Source of the DNA: Lysobacterales bacterium
GTDB taxonomy: Bacteria > Pseudomonadota > Gammaproteobacteria > Xanthomonadales > Rhodanobacteraceae
Length of the DNA stretch: 64,000 nucleotides
NCBI GenBank assembly: GCA_038242205.1
Contig: JBBSSI010000013.1
Span: 333 to 64,332, forward strand
Direction: 5' to 3'
The position numbers were made by a program, and so were the translations under genes. Of the stretch, positions 1 to 8,995 are shown one piece after another (positions within the stretch are counted from its first letter, which is position 1; each line of letters begins with the position of its first letter). Below the pieces are notes generated by a model. The model was not told where the DNA came from. It ran no database searches and saw nothing but the letters and a program-made list of their open reading frames with translations.

Positions 1-534
1 TTGATGGCGGTCCAGCATGGTGGTCGCTGCGCGCTCCATCTTCTGCGCCTGCGCGAGGAATTCGGCACGCGTTCCGGAGCGGTGCTTGGACGCGTTGGAG
101 GGCAGCTTTACCCCATCGATGGCAAACATGTTTCGACCGATAAGGCCTTCGGCATCAAGCAGCGTAAGCACTTGAGAGAACACCGTGGCGATGGCGTCGC
201 GCGAACGGCTGACGAAGTCGGCAATGGTGGTGAAGTGTGGCTTGGCGTCACCGGTCAAAGCGATGAACAGCACGTTGTCGCGACACGCACGCTCAATCGA
301 GCGTGAGCTCACCATGCCCTGCGAGTATGCCAGCAGCACCGCCTTGAGCAACATCGTCGGTGCATGCGCCGGCGCACCGCTCTCATCGTTGCGGTAGTGC
401 GCATCGAACGCCGACAGATCAAGCTGATCCACCAGATGGTGCAGCGCGTGGGCGAACGACCCCGGTACCAACTGCGCCTGCAAGTCCACCGGCAACAGCC
501 GCGGACTCATGTCGATGTGCTTGTAGCGCGCCAT
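1..534 (-). CDS. IS1182-family transposase, N-terminal part (runs off left edge)
   Basis: Minus-strand translation from ATG at 534 reads MARYKHIDMSPRLLPVDL...MLLKAVLLAYSQGMVSSRSIERAC...PHFTTIADF...FAIDGVKLPSNASK. This is a DUF772-like domain plus the first DDE Asp (IDG). It is absent from the ORF track because its stop lies outside the window. Confidence 0.85.
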   Translation of the reverse strand, partial: MARYKHIDMSPRLLPVDLQAQLVPGSFAHALHHLVDQLDLSAFDAHYRNDESGAPAHAPTMLLKAVLLAYSQGMVSSRSIERACRDNVLFIALTGDAKPHFTTIADFVSRSRDAIATVFSQVLTLLDAEGLIGRNMFAIDGVKLPSNASKHRSGTRAEFLAQAQKMERAATTMLDRHQ

Positions 535-598
535 GCTGATACCTCTTGTTCGCTTAAGGCTATTGAAGCAAGATCGGAGGAGGTTTTTCTACAACCTC
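1..598 (-). mobile_element. IS1182-family insertion sequence, upstream end
   Basis: Transposase plus candidate terminal sequence GAGGTTTTTCTACAACCTC (580-598), ending directly before the attC core GTTAGGC. The other end is outside the window. Confidence 0.7.
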
Positions 599-605
599 GT
601 TAGGC
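599..605 (+). other. attC core site R' (GTTAGGC)
   Basis: GTTRRRY just upstream of the ATG at 612. It nearly matches the inverse core CCCTAAC at the end of the same gene. Confidence 0.7.
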
Positions 606-611
606 CCCACC

Positions 612-992
612 ATGAAGCTCCTCAGAACATTTGCAGTTGCACTTGGGCTCACGTCAGCCGCTGCATCGCCGCAAGCGGTGCCCCCCGTGCAAGAGCAAGC
701 CGTAATGGTGCACTTCAGTTACGGGTCAACGGATCTGCAGCCGTTGCGCGCCCTCGAAGCTCAACTAGAGCAAGCGTTGTCATCGTCCGGTGCCGGAGAC
801 TTCGACGGCGACGAAATGGCCGTCTCGGGCAAAGACGGGTATCTCTACATGTACGGCCCAAGTGCGGATCGGGTTGTCGACGTGGTACTTCCAATCTTGC
901 AAGGAGTGCAGTTCATGCACGGAGCACTAGTGACTAAGGTGTACGGCGAGCTCGGCTCGGATGCGCGTCGGCACGAAACAGTTGTGCCCTAA
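612..992 (+). CDS. Cassette-encoded exported hypothetical protein
   Basis: 126 aa with an N-terminal signal peptide. The TAA stop lies inside the inverse core CCCTAAC. Confidence 0.8.
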   Translation: MKLLRTFAVALGLTSAAASPQAVPPVQEQAVMVHFSYGSTDLQPLRALEAQLEQALSSSGAGDFDGDEMAVSGKDGYLYMYGPSADRVVDVVLPILQGVQFMHGALVTKVYGELGSDARRHETVVP

Positions 993-1009
993 CATCTTGG
1001 TCAAGCTGA

Positions 1010-1830
1010 CCGGGACAGTTCCTACGCTTTAGTGGACACCCTGAACTACCATTTCAGGAGTGCCCAAGATGCCCAAGCCAGGCCCCCGCACCACCTTCCG
1101 TTACACCGATGAGTTCAAGGCAACAGCCGTCCGTTTGAGCCAGTTACCGGGCGTGGCGATTCAAGATGTTGCCGCTTCGCTTTACATTCATCCGTTCATG
1201 CTGTCTCGTTGGCGCAAACAAGCGCGCGAGGGTTTGATCGTGACCAAAGGTGTAGCAGTGGACAAAGCAGTAGCGGCCGAGCTGAAGGTTCTGCGCCGGG
1301 TGAAAAGGGCGGCCGGATCAAGTGGGGGTGACCGATGTCACTTATCTGAAGGTGTCCGGGACGTGGCGCTACCTGGCCACCGTCATGGACCGATACTCGC
1401 GACGTCTGTTGGGGTGGTCGTTGGGCGCAGACCGGACCGCCGCGCTGACACACCAGGCGCTGGCCGCGGCATTGCGCCAACGCAAGCCTCCGGAAGGCAC
1501 GCTGTTGCACAGTGATCGCGGCATCGAGTTTATATGGCCGGCGACTTCAAGCGCATGCTGGCCAGGGCCGGCCTGGTGCAGAGCGTGAACCGCCCGCATC
1601 GAATGATCGACAACGCACACATGGAATCGTGGAACAAGTCGCTCAAATCGGACATGTATCACCGCGAGAAATTCACCAGCGAACGCGCGCTGCGAAAAGC
1701 CGTGCGCAGCTACATCGATTTCTACAATGCCAAGCGCTTACACTCCGCCTTGGGCTATCGTTCTCCCATCGAGTTCGAGCTTCAATGCGGCTAACCAACC
1801 GGTGTCCACTTTTGCGTAGGAAATCTCCGG
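1010..1830 (+). mobile_element. IS3-family element, internally deleted (~820 bp)
   Basis: Imperfect ~30-bp terminal IRs: CCGGGACAGTTCCTACGCTTTAGTGGACACC (1010-1040) and GGTGTCCACTTTTGCGTAGGAAATCTCCGG (1801-1830). Confidence 0.85.
1060..1794 (+). pseudogene. IS3 transposase OrfA/OrfB remnant
   Basis: OrfA HTH (RYTDEFKATAVRL...LSRWRKQ) is joined directly to rve fragments in other frames ([42 protein letters not shown]). The OrfB N-terminus is missing. Confidence 0.85.
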
Positions 1831-1874
1831 CCGCCTCGCGACGCGGCGTAAATTCAGGCGTTAGATGCTCAAGT

Positions 1875-2333
1875 ATGGGGACCGAAATGAACTGCAGATT
1901 GTCCAAAGGCATTGCAATTTGTCTGGCCATCGCTCTTGCGTCGTGTTCAAAAGGCGCCCCAACCTACGCACCCGGCGTCGCAGAGCTACCTCCACCTTCA
2001 GGTGAACGTCTCGTTTACTTGGTGGGGTGTGTCAACTGTCATCACCAGACTCCCAAGGAAATCCTCAACGCCCCTCCACTGAACATTGTTCAAACCTACT
2101 CTTTACCGGAGTTCAGAACTCTGTTGAAAAGCGGGATCACTCGGGATGGTCGAGATATGTATGCCCAAGGAAGCATCATGGGGATCGTTGCTCGCGAGCA
2201 GTTGTCGCATTTTACCGATGATGAAATTGCGGCGGTTCATGAGTTCCTCCAAAAGGGTTGGACATTGGAGCGTGCAGCTCAAGAGGAAGCAAAGATTGCA
2301 ACATTCCCGCCACCGACCTTCATGAAAAAATGA
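1875..2333 (+). CDS. Cassette-encoded c-type cytochrome lipoprotein
   Basis: Lipobox LASC, heme motif CVNCH and a distal Met (GSIM). Start is ATG 1875 or 1887, just after GTTAGAT. Confidence 0.75.
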   Translation: MGTEMNCRLSKGIAICLAIALASCSKGAPTYAPGVAELPPPSGERLVYLVGCVNCHHQTPKEILNAPPLNIVQTYSLPEFRTLLKSGITRDGRDMYAQGSIMGIVAREQLSHFTDDEIAAVHEFLQKGWTLERAAQEEAKIATFPPPTFMKK

Positions 2334-2443
2334 TGCTTGCCGCATAGCCCTAATATTGTCGGCAGCCAACCTGCGTGGGGATTACCGTCGGACGGCTACG
2401 TCGCCGAATCGCCTCAAGCGTTGCTTTGCAGATAGGAATCACG

Positions 2444-2824
2444 ATGAACACAAAGAGAATACTTCTGGGGCTCGCTGCGGCTGCTGTAGTCGGGTTAGTA
2501 GCCGGAGAGCTGATCGCCTTGTCCAGTTTTGCCGGTGATCGCGTAGTGCAATCGGTGGCCGTGAGCTTTCTGGGGGCGGCGGTCGGTGCGTTTATCGCGC
2601 GCCGCGATTTTGTTTTGCCCGCGCTCGGTTTGTGGCTCTTTGAATGGCTTGTCGTCGTTTACGTTCTTTACGGTATCGCAGTGCCGACCGGTCAGGCTTC
2701 GGTGATGGCCATTGCTCAATACAACCTGCTCAACATCTTGTTGTCGGCGCTGGCAGTTGTCCTGGGCGCGTTGATCGGGCAAGGTCTTGGCACGCGCATG
2801 CAACGTAGGCTTCCAGCAGTCTGA
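2444..2824 (+). CDS. Cassette membrane protein (~4 TM)
   Basis: Hydrophobic ORF with an AGGA RBS upstream, following a degenerate attC. Confidence 0.7.
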   Translation: MNTKRILLGLAAAAVVGLVAGELIALSSFAGDRVVQSVAVSFLGAAVGAFIARRDFVLPALGLWLFEWLVVVYVLYGIAVPTGQASVMAIAQYNLLNILLSALAVVLGALIGQGLGTRMQRRLPAV

Positions 2825-2876
2825 CAGCCGGCTGCGCCGTCGCACAACTTATTCGTTCAAAACTGGTAGAAGGGCT

Positions 2877-3224
2877 ATGGAAATCCCGCGTAACGTCGCG
2901 ACACCGTTAGGTTGGATTGTCGTCCTTGTGCTCTGCGGATGGCTTGGATTTGCTTTCGGTGTCCCTGCGCTGTTCTTTCTGATCACCCTGGCAATTGTAG
3001 GGGAAGGTAACCGCGTACTGTGGGCCGCGACCTTTCCGCTTGTTGTCGCTGCAATTGGTGGAGTTTTCTATGGTGTCTATCTCATTCTTCCGCGAGAGAA
3101 TGAGCTGCCATTGTTGTTGTTTGCTTTCACAGCCGTAACGATTGTGCCTGGACTGATTTTTTACGCCGCTATTCGGCTGAGATCGTACAGAGCGTTACGC
3201 GCGACAACCTTGGCGACGAAGTAG
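2877..3224 (+). CDS. Cassette membrane protein
   Basis: Hydrophobic 115-aa ORF from ATG 2877. Confidence 0.65.
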   Translation: MEIPRNVATPLGWIVVLVLCGWLGFAFGVPALFFLITLAIVGEGNRVLWAATFPLVVAAIGGVFYGVYLILPRENELPLLLFAFTAVTIVPGLIFYAAIRLRSYRALRATTLATK

Positions 3225-3305
3225 CGCCCCCAGCACTGGCATTTTTTCAGGGCGGATGGCTGATCGCCAGATCAGGCCCAAGGCTTGCGCGTTTGGAGGT
3301 TTGGT

Positions 3306-3560
3306 ATGCGGTTTGTAAAGGCTGCCGTAATCGGTTTTGCAGTGGCGTCTGCTGTCATTCTTTTCGCGATGCTCATCGGTAGCTGGTTATGGCATGCCCA
3401 GCCCAAACTGTGGGCAGGGGTAGGCATTGCTTCTGGTTGCGCTTTGTGGCGCGGGGCTACAGCGCAGTGGAAGATGTCACGTGCAACTCGCATTGCACTG
3501 GCGGGGGTGCTCGTGGGGCTGGGCGCGGTCGCCGGCATGTGGTTTTCGGTACATGCCTAG
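3306..3560 (+). CDS. Small membrane protein (3 TM)
   Basis: GGAGG RBS before ATG 3306. Ends GCCTAG, resembling an inverse core. Confidence 0.65.
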   Translation: MRFVKAAVIGFAVASAVILFAMLIGSWLWHAQPKLWAGVGIASGCALWRGATAQWKMSRATRIALAGVLVGLGAVAGMWFSVHA

Positions 3561-3631
3561 CGTTTTGATCCGAGGCGTCTGGCATAGTCGGCGCTCAAAT
3601 CAAGATCTTGCCCTGAAAGGAGAGTTTGCGC

Positions 3632-3988
3632 ATGTTGCAGCATCTGGCTGTCGTTCTATTTTCCATCGCGATGGTTGTCGGTGGTGGCACGTTGGCCGCC
3701 GAGCAATCTGCGGTTCGCATCGACGCATCCAGTTCGCAAGCAACCGAAGCCTCTTACAAGGCAATGATGAAAGCGCGCTCGCCGGCTGACCAGCAGAAGC
3801 TTGCCATCGCCGTTTTGGTGATCAACATGCAGGGAGTGAAGAGCGCCAGTGAGGTGGTGAACAACCCAGCGCTGCAGGCGCCTTCCATCAATCGTATTCG
3901 CGACAAGGTGGCTGGCATGACCGCAGAGCAGATCATTCAACTGGCGGCAAAGAATCCTTCGGTCCGCGTGGTATATACGAGCAACTGA
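3632..3988 (+). CDS. Exported hypothetical protein
   Basis: AAGGAG RBS, signal peptide, then an IDASS...helical domain. Confidence 0.7.
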   Translation: MLQHLAVVLFSIAMVVGGGTLAAEQSAVRIDASSSQATEASYKAMMKARSPADQQKLAIAVLVINMQGVKSASEVVNNPALQAPSINRIRDKVAGMTAEQIIQLAAKNPSVRVVYTSN

Positions 3989-4047
3989 GGGCCAGCCTTG
4001 CACATGCCGAAGCGGTAGCGCGGGTCGGCTTGATGCGGGCGTCTGGT
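3989..4047 (+). other. Degenerate Xanthomonas-type attC
   Basis: GCCGAAGCGGTAGCGCGGGTCGGCTTGATGCGGGCGTCTGG resembles the remembered pattern GCCGAAGCCGCTTCGCGGCTCGGCTTAATTCAGGCGTTAGG. Confidence 0.55.
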
Positions 4048-4075
4048 ACGAATTGATGCAACCAAGGATGGAATC

Positions 4076-4564
4076 ATGTCTTCATGCAGCGCTTGCGGTA
4101 CCACCATCATTTTTGGCGGCAAGAAAATCGGCGGCAAGCATTTTTGCAACAACACGTGCGCCCGGAACGGTCCGATTCTTGCTCGAGCCGCGCAGCTCTC
4201 CGACGCAGACGTGAGAGCCCTGGCTTTACGCATCCACGCTGGAAGATGTCCTATTTGTTCGGGAGCCGGTCCAGTTGACGTGCGGGTTTCCCATCAAGTG
4301 TGGTCGGCCCTCATTTTGACCCGCTTCAAAAGCACACAGCACATCGCCTGTCGCACATGCGGGATGAAGAAACAGGTGGGTGACCTGCTCATTAGCGCGG
4401 TGGCAGGTTGGTGGGGCTTTCCATGGGGTCTGTTGGTAACCCCGATCCAGGTTGGGCGCAACATTTCAGGCATGCTCCTCGCTCCGAATCCCAGGCAACC
4501 TTCGGCGCAGCTTGTGCAGAAAGCCAGGCTGATTTTGGCAGAGCGAAGCCTAGGCATTGGCTGA
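4076..4564 (+). CDS. Cys-rich membrane-associated hypothetical protein
   Basis: Motifs CSAC, CNNTC, CPIC and CRTC plus a GWWGFPWG hydrophobic segment. Confidence 0.75.
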   Translation: MSSCSACGTTIIFGGKKIGGKHFCNNTCARNGPILARAAQLSDADVRALALRIHAGRCPICSGAGPVDVRVSHQVWSALILTRFKSTQHIACRTCGMKKQVGDLLISAVAGWWGFPWGLLVTPIQVGRNISGMLLAPNPRQPSAQLVQKARLILAERSLGIG

Positions 4565-4927
4565 GTAGGCGCAAGGCACAGGGCTGGCACCCCATCGCTG
4601 ATCAGCCCCAAAGGGTTCAAGCACGAGGCAACGCATGTAGCTCACGCCAAGGCAGCATAGAGGACGCATCTTGCTGCATTGGGAGACGTGGGTGGCTTTG
4701 ATTGTGATGTGCATATGTGGTGGCTTGGGAGGCTGGCTTGGTCTCAGCTTTCCTGGCATCCGCAGCTTTTAACGATTATCGGCGGCGCAGTTGGCGGTTA
4801 CGTTTTGCACCTGGTTATCCGTCATGTGCGGCGCCGCTACTATTCCAGCTGACGGCTTTGAGCGGGGAGGCTTTTGCGATCCGCGCCTTGGCGATAGTTT
4901 TTTCGAAGCAAGCTAAAGGAGTGTGTG

Positions 4928-5128
4928 ATGAGTCTTTTTCATGTGTTCATTTTGCTTTTTACCGGTTTGTTCTCGGGCATATTGTTCGTCCCACCGCTGT
5001 GGCGCATCGTCAGCAAAGCCGGCTATGCGGGAGCGTGGTCGCTGCTTGTGTTGGTGCCGGGGCTGAATATTTTGATGCTTTGGGTGTTTGCATTTTCGCG
5101 CTGGCCGACTGAGACGCGAAGAGTCTGA
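4928..5128 (+). CDS. Small membrane protein
   Basis: AAGGAG RBS and the motif PLWRIVSKAGYAGAWSLLVLVPGLN...FAFSRWP. Confidence 0.7.
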   Translation: MSLFHVFILLFTGLFSGILFVPPLWRIVSKAGYAGAWSLLVLVPGLNILMLWVFAFSRWPTETRRV

Positions 5129-5434
5129 TCGTTCACGCAAAGCGAAAAAATTCTGCCATGCCAGTAATCCGGGACGGAACTCCATACAGGCCAGCGAGAT
5201 TGAAACCACGCCAAGGCGAGGCATTGTGGGCGTACCGTCGATTCAAGCGGCGCGAATGAGGTCTTGAGGTGATTTCTTGCTGCGGACCGCTTGCTGTTGC
5301 GGTTGGCCAGTGTCTGGCAGCATTGGCTTTCAGTCATCGCATCGAGGCTGGTGGAGAATCTGGCGAATGGCACGCTCGCCGGAAGGCTCTTCTCCGTCGC
5401 CGGACGCGTGCGTCAGATTCGAGGATCGCCCGTC

Positions 5435-5849
5435 ATGAATTTGAATCAGGTGACGTTGCCAGTTGGTGATTTCGACCTCTGTGTGAGCTTTTATCGCGAC
5501 ATGGGCTTTGCGCTGGTTGTCCACTCGCCGCCGCGTTATGCGCGCTTCGCCTGTCCGCAAGGTGACTCGACTTTCTCGCTGCACGCCGTGGATCGTGACC
5601 TTGGCAAGACAGGCGTAGTTGTGTACTTCGAGTGTGTGGATCTTGACGCGCGCGTGCAGCGGCTGCTTGCGGCAGGGTTCGAGTTCACGCAGCTGCCCAC
5701 GAACGAGCACTGGCTGTGGCGTGAGGCACGCCTTGCAGACCCGTCGGGCAATGAGCTGTGCCTGTTCTGGGGCCGGCACCCATCGCAAGGATCCACCGTG
5801 GCGTGTAACCAGTGATGATGTGCCCTCAAGCGAAATCCCTGCGCGCTGA
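5435..5849 (+). pseudogene. VOC/glyoxalase-family protein with C-terminal frameshift
   Basis: MNLNQVTLPV..FYRDMGF..WLWREARLADPSGNELCLF. The natural tail AGTHRKDPPWRV is in another frame after a G-run near 5770. Confidence 0.7.
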
Positions 5850-5917
5850 GCCGGGGCTTTGCCGTCGATGGCAAAGCGGCCGCTCCATTCCGGCGTAGAC
5901 GCTGTGCGGAGGCAGTC

Positions 5918-6410
5918 ATGAATTTGGTCACCAGGCAACGTGTCATCTGGATTGCAGTCCCGCTGGCGGTTGGGCTTGTGGTGCCGTCACTGGTTGTTTT
6001 TTGTCTTCAGGTATTTGTCGGCCACATTCCCGCGTCGGCGGCGGCCGTCGATATTCTGCGCTCGCAGTTCGCTGAAGGTGAGAACGCTTTCCTTGGGGCA
6101 ATTTTTGGGCTGATTCCCTTTGTCGCCCTGTCAGTGATCTGCGGGCGCCGCGCTCGCGGATTCGCAGCTCCACGACTGGCCTGCCTGCCTTGGCATCGGT
6201 GGATTGATCGGTATTCTTGCCCTCATGATTCCGGGCCATGTTTCAGTCTGGTATCCGATGTACGGGCCGGGCCACATGTCCTCGACGGCTGTGATCGCGT
6301 TTCTCTTCATCCCGTTTTATTGCCTGGTCACCATGGTTATCGGCGTGATCGTCGGCTGGCTGTTCTCAATGCTTCCGTTTTTTCGTCGCACACCGCCGGA
6401 AATGGAATAA
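5918..6410 (+). pseudogene. Membrane protein frameshifted by a GCCT repeat expansion
   Basis: (GCCT)3 at 6179-6190. Removing one unit gives LACLGIGGLIGILAL and joins the 5918 and 6204 ORFs. Confidence 0.7.
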
Positions 6411-6487
6411 GCGCCCGTCGGTGCGTAACTGAGCACACAATCTTTGCCTGAGCAGAGCATGCTGTACCCCAATCGAAGACCGATACC

Positions 6488-7015
6488 GTGAAAGTGAAAG
6501 GACTTGCTCTCAGCCTTGCGCTGCTGGGCGTTGCCGGATGTGCGACCACCTGGCCCACGTCTGATCCGGCGCATTGGATTGAGCCCACGCAAGCCGTGCA
6601 GCTGGCAGCCGCAGCCGCTCCGCGCGGGATAGCTGCGGTTCTCGCGCGGGACGTACGCTCAATGGCGACCCACTAAAACCTCAGCTTCCTCAACTCGGAG
6701 CGTGATTAGCCAAACCAGAGAAACCTCACCATCGTCATTGCTCCTCGTGCTGCGAGGAAATTGGAGATGCGACTTGATGCGCCCGTCACTGATGCATCGA
6801 GCGATCGACGCATCCAGGTTATCGGGGTTGCCGTGCTTACGACAATCGTCTTTCTCGCCGGCGGCCGGGCGACGGAAAAGTATTACTATCAGACGCATGT
6901 CCGCGTCACTGCAGACCCGCAGATAAGGTTTCAGGCGGAGGGCTGGCTCTATTCAAACCCAAGCCAGCGTACGGACCTGCGGCATTCAAATTTCTTGCAA
7001 GGAGCAGCATCATGA
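6488..7015 (+). pseudogene. Lipoprotein with two in-frame stops
   Basis: ORFs 6488 and 6761 share a frame. Stops are TAA 6674 and TAG 6707, within ...ATH*NLSFLNSERD*PNQRNLTIV...KYYYQTHV. Lipobox VAGC. Confidence 0.7.
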
Positions 7016-7482
7016 ATGAGCGTGCGTATTCCTTCCGGCTTTGGGCGCTGATCGCGTTTGTCGTCGGCGCCGTGCTGGCGCTGGTGATGGTTCCGCTGGT
7101 TGCACGCATGGCGGCAGTGGTCGCGCCAGCCAGCGTTTTTGCATGGTTCGCCAGTCACCAGCTGGCGACACTGGGCATCTTTCTGTGGGACGTGCTGATC
7201 GTGTTTGGCTTGAGCATTGCTTTGCCCGCAGCGGTCTTGTTGCTGGTGCTGATCCGTCGCGCGAATGGTCACGGCGCCGTCATGGGCGCGTGCATGGGCG
7301 CAGGCATCTTTTTTTCGCTCTACGTCGCAGCGCCGCTGCTTTCGGGCCAGGCAATGCTTTCACCAGCCAATTTGGCGTGGTGGCAGCAAGGCTTGATTGC
7401 CTCGCTGCTGCTGGCGTTTGGACTGGCGCTGGGCGTGGCGCGCGCACTGCCGGCGACAATCCGTCCAGGCGCACGGGCGTGA
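7012..7482 (+). CDS. Membrane protein (~4 TM)
   Basis: AAGGAG RBS, hydrophobic 156 aa, last co-oriented gene of the array. Confidence 0.75.
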   Translation: MNERAYSFRLWALIAFVVGAVLALVMVPLVARMAAVVAPASVFAWFASHQLATLGIFLWDVLIVFGLSIALPAAVLLLVLIRRANGHGAVMGACMGAGIFFSLYVAAPLLSGQAMLSPANLAWWQQGLIASLLLAFGLALGVARALPATIRPGARA

Positions 7483-7533
7483 ACTGCGCCGCCTGACGGC
7501 GGCGCTCACGGGCTTGAGCCTGACCAACGGCGC

Positions 7534-8076
7534 TTAGTTGGCGGGCTCGACCTTGGCGTTGGTGTTGTACCCGCGCACCTTCAGCGTCCAGCTGCCGAGA
7601 AAGCCCGGCTTTACCGTTACTTCGGGACTGACCAGGGTCTTGCTCACGCTCAGCGTACTGCCGTCAATTACCCGCCACTTTTGACCGTTCTGCAGGGTCA
7701 GCGTGCTGCCCGCATCCCAGCCGGTGAAATTACCGGCGATCTTGCTGACCACGGTGTTTCTGGCCTGGCTGTCGCCGATGTCGGATTTGCGCGAGAACCA
7801 GCTTTTGCGGCTGTTGGCGGCCTGGTTGCCGCTGACGACCGTTGCGGAATTGGCGTCTGAGGCGGGCAACATCGTGGCCAACGTTCCGGAATGATCGGCC
7901 AGCCATTGCTGCAGGTGATACAGCTCCGAAGGGCTCAACTTTTCCAGCCCGGAAGCCTTGAACTCGGTGGCGCCCATCTGCGCCTGCAGTTGCACGGCCT
8001 GTTGCGCGCATACCGGGGCCGAAGCAAGCAGCAGCACGGTCAACAATGTCAGCAGGCTGGACGAGAATGGTTTCAT
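7534..8076 (-). CDS. Secreted hypothetical protein (paralog 1)
   Basis: Signal peptide, LQAQMGATEFKASGLEKLSPSEL motif and a C-terminal GNFTGW...LQNGQKWRV domain. Confidence 0.8.
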   Translation of the reverse strand: MKPFSSSLLTLLTVLLLASAPVCAQQAVQLQAQMGATEFKASGLEKLSPSELYHLQQWLADHSGTLATMLPASDANSATVVSGNQAANSRKSWFSRKSDIGDSQARNTVVSKIAGNFTGWDAGSTLTLQNGQKWRVIDGSTLSVSKTLVSPEVTVKPGFLGSWTLKVRGYNTNAKVEPAN

Positions 8077-8391
8077 CGAGTGGGATCCATGGTGGCGCGC
8101 ATGAAGGGCAGCGCACAGCATTATGCCTGTCAAAGCATTGCGCAAGCACGCAGCGTGATCGGGGGCATGACCGCCCGGCGCCGGCGCCGTGTGCTGCGTC
8201 TACGTCAGCGGCCTGCGCGCGTTTGCATCAAGCGCTGCCAGCGACGGGCCGTACCTGTTGCCATGTGCGCGGCTCACGCACACGCGGCAACGTGCATCAT
8301 GCGAGCAGTCGGCCAGCGCATGCGCACGTGCACGAGCGTGCCCCTCGCGTTTGGTGAATGCCGGCGCGCCGTGCGCGAGTCCCGGCAAAAA

Positions 8392-8871
8392 TCACCGCAC
8401 GCGCTTCACGTGAACGTTTTCGTAGCAGGACGGCACGTACATCATCCAGGTACCCAGCAGCGACGGCTTGACCTGCACCTGGGGGTCGGTGGCCGGCTTG
8501 CACGCGTGCGGACCTGGATCGATGACGCGCCAGACCTGGGCATTGCCCATGGTGAATTCCTGATTTTTGCTCCAGCCATCGAACGCGCCGACGATGTGCG
8601 TATCGATTCGTTCGCGTTTCTTTTTGCTCGCGTAAAACACCGGCTCGCCGCTGGGGTCAACCATCTTGGTAACCGGTTTGTCCTGCGTGGCCAGCCACTG
8701 ATCGAGATAGGCCAGTTCCGCCACGGACTGCTTGTTCAAGCCAGCGGCCTTGAACTGTTCCGGAGTCATGCGTTGCTGCAAATTCTTTACTTGCTGGGCG
8801 TGAGCCGTGAGCGCACTGAACGGCAGTGCGAGCAGAAGCACGGCAAGTATGCGGCAGGGGTGGTTCATCAT
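8392..8871 (-). CDS. Secreted hypothetical protein (paralog 2)
   Basis: Signal peptide, LQQRMTPEQFKAAGLNK motif and GAFDGW...NAQVWRV. Confidence 0.8.
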   Translation of the reverse strand: MMNHPCRILAVLLLALPFSALTAHAQQVKNLQQRMTPEQFKAAGLNKQSVAELAYLDQWLATQDKPVTKMVDPSGEPVFYASKKKRERIDTHIVGAFDGWSKNQEFTMGNAQVWRVIDPGPHACKPATDPQVQVKPSLLGTWMMYVPSCYENVHVKRVR

Positions 8872-8995
8872 CGTTGAGTCCTTGGCGCGGGGCGATGGAA
8901 GGTCACGCTGGATTCTGCGCGGTAGCGGCCGGCATGCCAAGCAGCAGCATGCCGGGCAGCGGCAGGTAACATGGCACTCTTGCAGAGCAACGATC

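Larger units (their letters stand above)
987..1866 (+). other. attC site split by IS3 element (left arm 987-1009, right arm 1831-1866)
   Basis: Left arm CCCTAAC-atctt-GGTCAAGCTGAC; right arm GCGGCGTAAATTCAGGC-GTTAGAT. These match the usual TAAC..TCAAGC..GCGGCTTAA..GGCGTTAG attC layout. Confidence 0.75.
599..7482 (+). mobile_element. Integron-type gene cassette array (decayed tail; no integrase in window)
   Basis: About 12 short, co-oriented, unrelated ORFs. GTTRRRY cores at 599 and 1860, and attC-like spacers at 987-1866, about 2347-2426, about 3989-4047 and about 5850-5900. Confidence 0.75.

Noticed and set aside
1-603. Plus-strand ORFs 1-306, 185-397 and 364-603
   Set aside because: Antisense shadows of the minus-strand transposase.
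599-7482. Possible CRISPR or toxin-immunity array
   Set aside because: No identical repeats, cas genes or toxin domains; spacer features fit attC sites.
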